Shown here: piece after piece, positions 34,797 to 47,428 of the stretch
How positions within the stretch are numbered: the first letter of the stretch is position 1
How the letters are laid out: every line of letters starts with the position of its first letter
Source: an uncultured Dehalococcoidia bacterium
GTDB taxonomy: Bacteria > Chloroflexota > Dehalococcoidia > Lucifugimonadales > UBA1127
Reading direction: 5' to 3'
Assembly: GCA_951812285.1 (NCBI GenBank)
Contig: OX638292.1
Location: 1,464,551-1,528,550, forward strand
DNA length: 64,000 nucleotides
Made by a program: the position numbers and the translations under genes
The notes under the pieces: model-generated
The model's input: the letters and a program-made list of their open reading frames with translations, nothing else
Databases searched by the model: none
What the model was told of the DNA's origin: nothing

Positions 34797-35292
34797 CGCT
34801 GCGCCGCCACGGGGGCAGACTCGGCGAGACCGGCGAGGAGCTCGCGGACGGCCTCAACGGAGCGGGAGCCGGTGGCGGGCAGCCACGCTCCGGCGCCGGC
34901 GTCGAGGGCGGCGAGGAGGGTGTCGGGTGTGCCGGCGCCTGTCTCGTCGAGGAGACGGCGGACGGACGCGCCGCCGATGCCGGGGACGTCGAGCAGGGCG
35001 AGGGCGAGGCGAGAGACGTTGGCGGCCTCGCGGTCGTAGGTGCGGACGCGGCCGGTTTCGAGGAGTTCGCGGATCTTGCCGTCGATAGCCTTACCTATGC
35101 CGGAGACATTCTGGAGGTTGGCGCCTGACGCGACCATCCCGGTCAGCGCCTCGGGGATGTCACGGATGGCCTGGGCGCCCTTTCGGTAGGCGCGGGCCTT
35201 GAAGCCGTCGCTCTCCTGCATCTCGTATAAGCCCGCCAGCCGGTCGAACAGCCGGGCGATGGACTCGTTGGAGTGGTGGGTCGGCTCAGACA

Positions 35293-35293
<1 letters not shown>
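34793..35293 (-). CDS. stand-alone DNA polymerase X N-terminal module (8-kDa lyase-like domain + helix-hairpin-helix), no polymerase or PHP domains
   Basis: NESIARLFDRLAGLYEMQESDGFKARAYRKGAQAIRD, then LQNVSGIGKAIDGKIRELLETG, then LLDVPGIGGASVRRLL. This is colinear with the first ~160 aa of bacterial PolX. Start ATG(s) at 35296/35293 overlap the secA stop (ATGATG). Confidence 0.65.
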
Positions 35294-38001
<2,708 letters not shown>

Positions 38002-38049
38002 GCAACAGTCCCTTCAGTCCATTCCGTCCGGCCCGAGCCGTTTCAGGCG

Positions 38050-39000
38050 CTAGTCGGAGAATAGCTCGCCCACGGAGCGGCCCTCGTGGATGCGGCAGAT
38101 CGCCTCACCCAGCAGGCTCGCGACGGACAGCACCTTGATCTTGGGCACGTTGGTGGAACAGGCGCTCGGCAGCGTGTCCGTCACCACCATTTCCCGGATG
38201 CCCATGTCGCTTATCCTGTCGACGGCCGGCGACGTGAACACCCCGTGGGTGGAGCAGGAGTAGACTTCCCTGGCGCCGGCTTCCAAAGCGGCATTGACCG
38301 CGAGCTGCAGCGAGCCGCCCGTACCCGTTTCATCGTCAAAGGTGATGGCCGTCCTACCCTTCACTTCTCCTATAACGTTCATGACCTCAGTATGATCAAG
38401 GTTGTCCAACCGACGCTTCTCGATAATAGCCAGCGACGCGCCCAGCTTCGTCGCCATGTCGCGCGCCCGCTTGCTGATGCCGATGTCGACCGCGACCACC
38501 ACCGGGGCATCCAGGTCCTTGCGCTGGAAGTAGTCGGCCAGGAGGGGCAGGGCCGTCAACTCGTCCACGGGGATGTTGAAGAAGCCCTGGATCTGGCCCG
38601 CGTGCATGTCCACCGTCACCACCCGGTTCGCGCCGGCGACGGTGAGCAGGTCCGCCAGCAACCGCGCCGTGATGGGGACGCGGGGCTGGTCCTTCTTGTC
38701 GGTGCGGCCGTAGGCGTAGTAGGGGATGACGGCCGTGATGCGGCCCGCCGACGCCCGCTTGGCCGCGTCGATCATGATGAGGAGCTCCATGATCGTGTCG
38801 TTTACGGGGTAGGAGAATGGCTGGATGATGAAGACGTCCTGCTGCCTGATGTTCTCCTCGTACTGCACAAAGGTGTTGTCGTTGGAGAACTTGGAGACGC
38901 GGGCCTTTCCCAGCGGCATTTCGACGTATTCGCAGACGTCCTCTGCCAATGCCGTATGGGAGGTCCCAGTAAAGATCTTCATCTCTTCCAAATACGGCAT
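38050..39000 (-). CDS. prs: ribose-phosphate pyrophosphokinase
   Basis: 316-aa ORF. KIFTGTSH start region, PYYAYGRTDKKD and PRPP-binding VVVAVDIG / DDETGTGGS motifs. Confidence 0.92.
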   Translation of the reverse strand: MPYLEEMKIFTGTSHTALAEDVCEYVEMPLGKARVSKFSNDNTFVQYEENIRQQDVFIIQPFSYPVNDTIMELLIMIDAAKRASAGRITAVIPYYAYGRTDKKDQPRVPITARLLADLLTVAGANRVVTVDMHAGQIQGFFNIPVDELTALPLLADYFQRKDLDAPVVVAVDIGISKRARDMATKLGASLAIIEKRRLDNLDHTEVMNVIGEVKGRTAITFDDETGTGGSLQLAVNAALEAGAREVYSCSTHGVFTSPAVDRISDMGIREMVVTDTLPSACSTNVPKIKVLSVASLLGEAICRIHEGRSVGELFSD

Positions 39001-39076
39001 GCCATCTCCTCCTATCCATTTGGGAAGCTAGCGCGCCACGGCAGCATGTGCCACGGCTCATGTCACAGCCACAACG

Positions 39077-39085
39077 ATTATAGCA
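39077..39085 (-). promoter_or_regulatory. extended -10 element TGCTATAAT upstream of prs
   Basis: Minus strand reads TG-C-TATAAT. No good -35. Confidence 0.45.
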
Positions 39086-39186
39086 TGCACTTTTCGACGA
39101 AAAACCCCGAATACGACCGCATCAGACGCCGGTCACCGGTCAGGACGCGGCGCGGCAGGCACAGGTTCCCATTGCAAGGCCGTATC

Positions 39187-40533
<1,347 letters not shown>

Positions 40534-40587
40534 CCAATCCGTTCCCGCAACCCTTCGATCTTCCCCAGGGCGAACGGATTCTTGCAG

Positions 40588-41640
40588 TTACTCCACTTGC
40601 ACGCCGTCCACGAAGCACGCCAACCGGTGCTCTGCGACTATGCGCACGTCCACCTTCGTTCCAACGCCGTACAGACGCGTGTGGTGCTGCATTACCCGCA
40701 CTGAGCGGCCGTTGTCGAGGGCAACCGCGTACAGGTACGTCGGCCCGAGGAACTGCCGTTCCATGATGGTGCTCTGCCCGGACTCCGAGGGGGTTAGCGA
40801 CAAGTCGTCCGGGCGGAGCAGCACCTCTGCACCGTCGGGGATGCCATCGCTCGGCCACGGCAGGGGACCGGCGGCAGTCATCAGCCGGCCATCCTCACGG
40901 TGGATGGACAGAAAGTCCCCGATTCCGATGAACTCCGCAACAAAGCGCGTGGCCGGGCCGTGGTAGATTTCCTCCGGCGTCGCAACCTGCTGAAGCATGC
41001 CATGGTTGAGAATGGCCACCCGGTCGCCCATGAAGAGCGCCTCGTCCTGGTCGTGGGTGACGAAGAGAGCCGTGGTGCCGGTGAACTTCAGAATGTCCCT
41101 GACCTCGCTGCGCACCTGTTTGCGGAGCGCCTCGTCCAGGTTGGAGAATGGCTCGTCCAGGAGCAGCACCGCCGGCTGGGGGCACAGTGCGCGTGCCAGC
41201 GCAACCCGCTGCTGCTGCCCGCCCGAAAGCTCGTGAGGCATCCGATTTTCCAGCCCTGCCAGACCCACCAACCCCAGCACTTCCGCAACGCGCCTAGTGC
41301 GCTTGGACTTGTCGTTTACCCCGAACCCCACGTTCGCCATTACTGTGAGGTGGGGGAAGAGGGCGTATTCCTGGAAGACCATGCCTATACGGCGGCGGTC
41401 CGCGGTGACGAATCGACCGGGGCCAGCCACCTGCTGGCCGGCGATGTCGACTGTGCCGGTGTCCGGGGTCTCGAACCCCGCGATGATGCGCATCGCCGTC
41501 GTCTTGCCGCTGCCGCTCGGGCCGAGGAGGGCGACGATGCTGCCGGCTTCCGCCTCCAGGTCTAGGCTGTGGAGCGCAGACGTTTCGGCGCCGGGAAAGC
41601 GCTTGGAAACACCCTGGCACAGAACGGCGGGAACGCTCAC
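40588..41640 (-). CDS. ABC importer ATP-binding protein (FbpC/PotA-type, with C-terminal TOBE-like domain)
   Basis: GTG 41640 after AGGAGG, overlapping the permease stop (GTGA). Walker A GPSGSGKTT, signature LSGGQQQRV, Walker B LLLDEP. The 592-aa listed ORF is a spurious extension across the permease gene. Confidence 0.85.
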   Translation of the reverse strand: MSVPAVLCQGVSKRFPGAETSALHSLDLEAEAGSIVALLGPSGSGKTTAMRIIAGFETPDTGTVDIAGQQVAGPGRFVTADRRRIGMVFQEYALFPHLTVMANVGFGVNDKSKRTRRVAEVLGLVGLAGLENRMPHELSGGQQQRVALARALCPQPAVLLLDEPFSNLDEALRKQVRSEVRDILKFTGTTALFVTHDQDEALFMGDRVAILNHGMLQQVATPEEIYHGPATRFVAEFIGIGDFLSIHREDGRLMTAAGPLPWPSDGIPDGAEVLLRPDDLSLTPSESGQSTIMERQFLGPTYLYAVALDNGRSVRVMQHHTRLYGVGTKVDVRIVAEHRLACFVDGVQVE

Positions 41641-43280
41641 CGTCCCCTCCTTGGTTCTCGGAGAATAAGAAACGCTGTTGGCACCGCGGAGACGGCCACC
41701 AACAGCAGGGCCGGCACCGCCGCCTGCGCGAAGAACGCCTCCTCGGCGGCGGCCCAGATCGACGTGGCCAGTGTGCCATAGCCAATGGGGCTCAGCAACA
41801 ACGTGGCCGGCAGCTCCTTCATTGCCGTCAGGAACACCAGTGCACCGCCCGCCAGCATGCCGGGGAGCATCAGGGGCAGGGAAATGTGCCAGATGATGGC
41901 GAGAGGACTCTTGCCGAGGCCGTATGCCGCCTCGCCGAGCCGCGGGCTCACTTGCAAATACGAAGACCGCACCGCGCCCAACGCCTGGGGGAAGAATAGG
42001 ACCACGTAGGCAAACACCAGCAGGAAGAGGGTCTGGTAGAGGGGCGTCGCGAACCGGGCGCCAAAGAAGATCAACGCCAGCGCAACGGCGATGCCAGGCA
42101 ATGCGAAGCCGGTGTACGAGAGCCGCTCCACAACCCAACTGAGGCGGCCGGGAAAGCGCAGCGTGAACATGACGACGGGCACGGCAGCGACCACGGCGAC
42201 GATTGCGGCGAGCCCGGACGCGTAGACGGAGTTGAGCGCGTTGCCCCACAGCAGCCGCACAGGCTCGCCCGCCGCGACGCCTCGAATTGCCCAGAATGCC
42301 AGCAGCGAGAGCGGCGCGGCCAGCGACAGCGCCGTCACGGCTGCCGTGAAGCCAAACGCGGGCCACTTAAGCCGTCCCAGCGCCACGAGTGACGTGGGCC
42401 GCGCCGCGCCCGTGGCAGCACGGTAGTAGCGCGAGCGCCCTCGTGCTTGCGCCTCGATGACTACGAGGCCCAACGCCATCGCGATCATCACCAGCGAGAG
42501 CCCCGCGGCCAACGCTCGATTGAACGCGGTCTCGTATTGCAGGAAGATGGCCCACGTGAAGGTCTCGTAGCGAAGCAGCGACACCGCGCCAAAGTCGCTC
42601 AGCGTATAGAGGGCGACCAGCAGGGACCCCGCGGCAATCGAGGGCCGGAGGAGCGGCAACGTCACGCGCCAGAGGGTCCGCCATCGACCATTGCCCAGCG
42701 CACGCGACATCTCTTCCAGCGCGGGGTCCTGACCCCAGAGGGACGCTCGGACGCTGAGCAAAGTGTAGGGAAAGCTCAACAGCGTCAGGGCCAGCGCCGC
42801 ACCTACCAAGCCCGAGATGTCCGGCAGCCGCTCGATATCGACAAATCGCTCCAGAAACCCGTGCAACATGCCTCGCGGGCCCAGCGCAACTACCAACAAG
42901 AACGCGCCCACATAGCTGGGTATCACCAAGGGGAGTACGGTCACAACGGACCAGAATCGCCTGAGGGGCAGGTCCGTTCGGACAGTGAGCCACGCGAGTG
43001 GGACGGCAATCAGGGCCGACGCCACGGTGACCACCACGACTAGCACGGCAGACCGGAACAGGATCTCCAGGGTCCGCTGCCGCAGCAACAGGTCCACCAC
43101 CTCGCCGCCGCCGTCCAGCGAACGCTCGACGAGATACACGAGCGGGAGCACCATGGCCAGCGACACGAGGAGGGCCGGCGCCCAGAACACGAATGGTGGC
43201 CGACGCTGCCGGTTTGGCGCGCCGCCCATCCCAAGCAAGCGCCGCAACGAATTGCCGGTATGTGGACCTACGGCTTGCAT
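41637..43280 (-). CDS. ABC importer permease, fused two-domain (Fe(III)/thiamine FbpB-type)
   Basis: 547-aa ORF. Two repeats of a 6-TM binding-protein-dependent permease module. Confidence 0.82.
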   Translation of the reverse strand: MQAVGPHTGNSLRRLLGMGGAPNRQRRPPFVFWAPALLVSLAMVLPLVYLVERSLDGGGEVVDLLLRQRTLEILFRSAVLVVVVTVASALIAVPLAWLTVRTDLPLRRFWSVVTVLPLVIPSYVGAFLLVVALGPRGMLHGFLERFVDIERLPDISGLVGAALALTLLSFPYTLLSVRASLWGQDPALEEMSRALGNGRWRTLWRVTLPLLRPSIAAGSLLVALYTLSDFGAVSLLRYETFTWAIFLQYETAFNRALAAGLSLVMIAMALGLVVIEAQARGRSRYYRAATGAARPTSLVALGRLKWPAFGFTAAVTALSLAAPLSLLAFWAIRGVAAGEPVRLLWGNALNSVYASGLAAIVAVVAAVPVVMFTLRFPGRLSWVVERLSYTGFALPGIAVALALIFFGARFATPLYQTLFLLVFAYVVLFFPQALGAVRSSYLQVSPRLGEAAYGLGKSPLAIIWHISLPLMLPGMLAGGALVFLTAMKELPATLLLSPIGYGTLATSIWAAAEEAFFAQAAVPALLLVAVSAVPTAFLILREPRRGR

Positions 43281-43425
43281 GTGACCTCTTCAGGCCTAGC
43301 GTACAACATTTGCATGGGAACAACCCAACCTGCTCGCCGGACTGCACCTGGGCTGTCATGCGGGCAGGTTGGGTCGACCGCTCTTCGCTTAGGCTCCGAA
43401 TGTCGCCAGAAAGGAGGCGATTTGG

Positions 43426-44487
43426 CTACGGTGTGATGCCCACTTCCCGCAGCAGCGCCTGCGTCCCCTCTAGGTCCGCCATCTCCCTTGGCGTGACCAG
43501 CGGGTTGTTGATCTCTTGAATGGGTGTGAGACCGCGCTGGGTATTGACGCCTTCGACCAGCGGGTACTCGTACGTCTGGCTGGCGAAGTACTGTTGGGCC
43601 GCCAGGGACAGCATGAACTCGATGAAGCGCTGGGCGTTTTCCTTGTTTTCGGACGTCGAGAGGATACCGGCTCCCGCGACCATCACGAGCGCGCCGGGGC
43701 CGCCGCCGCGTGGGTGGTAGTTGCGGGCGGTGAACGAGTCACCCTCCTCTGTGAGGAAGCGGTGCAGGTAGTAGTGGTTGACGAGGCCGATGTCGATCTC
43801 GCCCGCAGCAGCGGCGGCCACCTGCGGGGTGTTCTTGGGGTACACGGTAGGCTCGTTGGCCTGCATGCCCTCAAGCCACTCGCGGGTGGCGTCCTCGCCC
43901 CAGCGGCTGCGCATGGCAGTCACCATGGCCTGGAAAGAGCCGTTGGTCGGCGCCCAGCCGATGCGTCCCTTCCACTTTGGGTCGGTGAGATCGCGGATGT
44001 CGTCGGGCAGGTCCGGCTCCGTCAGCGTCTCCGTGTTGTACACCATCGTGCGGGCGCGACCGGAGGTGCCGACCCAACGTCCATCGGGCGAGCGCGCCCA
44101 CTCGGGCGCGAGGCCGAGGACCGACTGCGGCAACTGATCAAGGCGGTCTTCGACGGCGCCGAGGCCGCCGGGGTCCTGGGCGAAGAACACGTCGGCGGGG
44201 CTGTTGTCGCCCTCTTCCAACAGCGTGGCGGCGATTGCGGCTGTGCCCGCGTACCGCACGTTCACCTCGATGCCCGTCGCGTCGGCGAATTGCTCGATGA
44301 TGGGTGCGACCAGGGACTCACTGCGGCCCGAGTAGACGGTCAGCGAGCCGGGACCGGAGTCCTCGGCCTCGCACGCCAGGGCCGCCGCGCCAACGAATGC
44401 GGCCAAGGCCAACAGCGCGAACAGGCGGCCATGGCCAACAGCGATTCCGGACTCCCTCCGCCCCAATAACGACCATAGGAATTGCAT
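43426..44487 (-). CDS. ABC importer periplasmic Fe(III)-type substrate-binding lipoprotein (family 1)
   Basis: 353-aa ORF. Signal/lipobox AAALAC. LTVYSGRSE...YAGT... pattern is typical of FbpA/AfuA-like SBPs. Confidence 0.8.
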   Translation of the reverse strand: MQFLWSLLGRRESGIAVGHGRLFALLALAAFVGAAALACEAEDSGPGSLTVYSGRSESLVAPIIEQFADATGIEVNVRYAGTAAIAATLLEEGDNSPADVFFAQDPGGLGAVEDRLDQLPQSVLGLAPEWARSPDGRWVGTSGRARTMVYNTETLTEPDLPDDIRDLTDPKWKGRIGWAPTNGSFQAMVTAMRSRWGEDATREWLEGMQANEPTVYPKNTPQVAAAAAGEIDIGLVNHYYLHRFLTEEGDSFTARNYHPRGGGPGALVMVAGAGILSTSENKENAQRFIEFMLSLAAQQYFASQTYEYPLVEGVNTQRGLTPIQEINNPLVTPREMADLEGTQALLREVGITP

Positions 44488-44563
44488 ATACTAACCTCCT
44501 GAGGGAGTGAAGTATCCCATGTGCGGCAAAGCTACAGGGATCTCTAGCAAACCAGCGCCTACT

Positions 44564-44592
44564 GGTATATCACTCAATGAAAAACGTGTCAA
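44564..44592 (-). promoter_or_regulatory. sigma70-type promoter of the Fe-type ABC operon
   Basis: Minus strand TTGACA (44592-44587), 17 nt spacer, TATACC (44569-44564). The spacer carries an imperfect palindrome TCATTGAGTGA. Confidence 0.5.
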
Positions 44593-44808
44593 CACATGAA
44601 GATAGTTCGTATACACGATTTACTGTACTTGTCTGCCTAAACATGGGGCTTCGTGCGTAAGAACACTTGTTGGCGGCGGCTCAGGTCACCCGCGGACGAC
44701 GCTCTCGTTCCTCAATCTCGGGCCAAACCCGCGCAGGGGCTCATTGACGCGGCGCGACGCGTGGGTGCTACCATCCCGGCAGCCCGTTTCATTCGCATTG
44801 GAGGCGCT

Positions 44809-45423
44809 ATGGACACGCTTGAAGCCCTCGTACAGGCCGTGGAGACTTGCACGGACTGTACGCTGTGCGAGCAGCGCACTCGGAGCGTGCCGGGGGAGGG
44901 GCCTGAGCGCCCGGACATCATGTTCATCGGCGAGGGGCCGGGCTACCACGAGGACCAGCAGGGGCGGCCGTTCGTGGGGCCGGCCGGAAAGCTGCTGGAG
45001 GACCTGCTGGCGGCCATCGGGCTCACTCGGCGCGACGTGTACATCGCGAACGTGGTCAAGTGCCGGCCGCCGAACAACCGCGACCCGCAGCCGGACGAGA
45101 TCCAGGCGTGCCGCAAGTACCTTGACCAGCAGATCAGGCTGCTGGACCCGCCGGTCATCGTCACGCTGGGACGGTTCTCGATGGCGCGCTTCATGCCGGG
45201 CGTGACCATCTCGCGCGTTCACGGCAAGCCGGTGCAGTGGGGGAAGCGCACCATCTTCCCGATGTACCACCCGGCGGCCGCGCTGCACCAAGGAAGCCTG
45301 CGCCGGTACCTGGAGGAGGACATCCGCAAGCTGCCTGCGCTCGTCGAGGAGGCGCGGCGTGCGGCGGTTGCGGCCGTCGAGGAGGAGCCACCGCCTCAGC
45401 CCGAGCAGCTCAAGATGCTGTAG
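44809..45423 (+). CDS. uracil-DNA glycosylase, family 4 (Fe-S type)
   Basis: ATG 44809. C-x2-C-x-L-C region TCTDCTLCE, FIGEGPGYHEDQQGRPFVGPAG, NVVKCRPPNNRDP. Confidence 0.88.
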   Translation: MDTLEALVQAVETCTDCTLCEQRTRSVPGEGPERPDIMFIGEGPGYHEDQQGRPFVGPAGKLLEDLLAAIGLTRRDVYIANVVKCRPPNNRDPQPDEIQACRKYLDQQIRLLDPPVIVTLGRFSMARFMPGVTISRVHGKPVQWGKRTIFPMYHPAAALHQGSLRRYLEEDIRKLPALVEEARRAAVAAVEEEPPPQPEQLKML

Positions 45424-45581
45424 GCGCGAGGGAGGCGGGCAACCACGAGTGTTGCCCCTATGGGTGGTGGGATGCCTTGCCGGCCTGCGGTAGTCAGCTA
45501 CGTGTATCCCGTGTACCATGGATGTACACGGCCCTCGACTACCGGGGCCGACCCGACGATTGACAAGGCTAGACTTCCCTC

Positions 45582-47336
45582 ATGCAAAACCTAGGACGGT
45601 TTCTGGGGCGGCACGACAGGCCGCTCGGCGACGACTCCCCCGAGGCCTCGGCGTCTCCATCGACTTCACCGTATGGCGCGAACGGCGCGCTACGCGTCAT
45701 TCCCCTCGGCGGTTTGGGCGAGATCGGCAAGAACATGATGGCGCTCGAGTACGGCGACGACATCATCGTCGTGGACGCGGGCGTCATGTTTCCCGAGGAG
45801 GACATGTTTGGGGTCGACCTCGTTATCCCGAACATCACCTACCTGCTGGAGAACCAGCACAAGGTGCGCGCCATCCTCATTACGCACGGCCATGAAGACC
45901 ACACGGGCGCCGTCCCATTCGTGCTTCCGGAGCTGAACGTCCCTGTCTACGCCCCCAAGCTGGCTCACGGGCTCATCGAGGTGAAGCTGCGCGACCACCG
46001 GATACTCTCGGCATCGGAGCTGCACGCGATCGAGCCGGGGGAGACGTTCACCTTCGGCGCGTTCCACTGCGAGTTCTTCCATGTGTGCCACAGCATCCCG
46101 GACGCGACGGGGATCGCCATTCACACGCCGGTGGGCCTGGTCATTCACACGGGCGACTTCAAGTTCGACCACACGCCCGTCGACCAGGTGCCGACGGACT
46201 TTGCACGGCTGGCTGAGCTCGGCACGGAGGGCGTCACGCTGCTGCTATCGGACTCGACGTACGCGGAGTCGGAGGGGTACACGCCCTCGGAGGCGGTGCT
46301 TGACCCGAACCTCGAGCGAATCATCGCAGAGGCGCCTGGGCGGGTGATGTTCGCCACCTTTGCGTCGCTCATTGCGCGCATCCAGCAGATTGCGAACGCA
46401 GCCGCCAAGAACGGGCGCAAGGTAGCCGTCATCGGCCGGAGCATGGTCAACAACGTGGCAATGGCGCAGCAAATGGGCTATCTGCGGGTGCCCGAGGGCG
46501 TCATCGTGCCGGCCGAGAGCATCGCGGGGCTGCCGCCGGAGCAGACCGTCATCATCATGACGGGAGCGCAGGGCGAGCCGACCGCGGCGCTGTCCCGTAT
46601 CGCAAACGACGACCACCGCGACTTCTCGGTGTCGCGGGGCGACACCATCGTCCTGTCCGCGTCGCCGATTCCCGGCAACGAGGCGGTGATCATGAGGACG
46701 ATCGACAACCTGCTACGGCAGGGGGCGCGGGTGCTCCACTCACGGAACGCGCAGGTACACGTCCATGGCCACGCCAGCCGGGAAGAGCTGAAGCTCATGC
46801 TGCGCATGATCAAGCCGCAATACTTCGTGCCAATCCACGGGGAGTACCACCACCTGGTTGCGCATGCGGGCATCGCCGTAGGCATGGGGGTCGCGCCGGA
46901 GAACACCTTCATCCTGGAGGACGGCGACGTGCTGGAGCTCGGCGAGGACGGGGCGGACATCGTCGACCGGGTGCCCGCGGGGCACGTGTTCGTGGTAGGC
47001 CGACACCTGTGGGACCCGTCGAACGGCGTCTTCAAGGAGCGGCAGACGCTTGCACGCGACGGCGTCGTCGTCGCAGCGGTCACCGTCGACGCGACGACGG
47101 GGCGGTTGAGCGCGCCGCCCGCGCTCAAGGCGCACGGCTTCGAGGCGCCGGACGACCACCATGAGGTGATGGAGGCGGCGTCGCAGAGGCTGCTGGAGGC
47201 GCTGGAGCAGCAGCAGTGGCCCGAGGACGACATCGAGGAAGCCGTCCGGGAGCAGGCGGGGCGTGTGCTGTCCCGGATTCTGCGCGACGCGACGGGCAGG
47301 CGCCCGGTGGTGTTGGTGCTGGTCTCCTCGACGTAG
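45582..47336 (+). CDS. rnj: ribonuclease J (metallo-beta-lactamase / beta-CASP)
   Basis: 584-aa ORF. LRVIPLGGLGEIGKNM, ITHGHEDHTGA, beta-CASP and C-terminal domains. Confidence 0.9.
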   Translation: MQNLGRFLGRHDRPLGDDSPEASASPSTSPYGANGALRVIPLGGLGEIGKNMMALEYGDDIIVVDAGVMFPEEDMFGVDLVIPNITYLLENQHKVRAILITHGHEDHTGAVPFVLPELNVPVYAPKLAHGLIEVKLRDHRILSASELHAIEPGETFTFGAFHCEFFHVCHSIPDATGIAIHTPVGLVIHTGDFKFDHTPVDQVPTDFARLAELGTEGVTLLLSDSTYAESEGYTPSEAVLDPNLERIIAEAPGRVMFATFASLIARIQQIANAAAKNGRKVAVIGRSMVNNVAMAQQMGYLRVPEGVIVPAESIAGLPPEQTVIIMTGAQGEPTAALSRIANDDHRDFSVSRGDTIVLSASPIPGNEAVIMRTIDNLLRQGARVLHSRNAQVHVHGHASREELKLMLRMIKPQYFVPIHGEYHHLVAHAGIAVGMGVAPENTFILEDGDVLELGEDGADIVDRVPAGHVFVVGRHLWDPSNGVFKERQTLARDGVVVAAVTVDATTGRLSAPPALKAHGFEAPDDHHEVMEAASQRLLEALEQQQWPEDDIEEAVREQAGRVLSRILRDATGRRPVVLVLVSST

Positions 47337-47428
47337 CCGCCCCTGCCAATCGTCCCATCGCGCGCCCGCGCATGGAACTGTCCCCCCTGTTCATTCGTTG
47401 CGTACAATAGTGGTAGTGGTCGTAATGT

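Noticed and set aside
40588-42366. N-terminally extended versions of real genes in the ORF track: the 592-aa ABC ATPase ORF, the 356-aa SDR ORF 12052..13122, the 236-aa ORF 33538..34248, and 5201, 25196, 39199, 44653, 54709, 57330..58235 and 61691.
   Set aside because: The extensions overlap neighbouring genes or intergenic DNA, lack homology-like sequence, and internal starts with good Shine-Dalgarno sites coincide with the expected N-termini.
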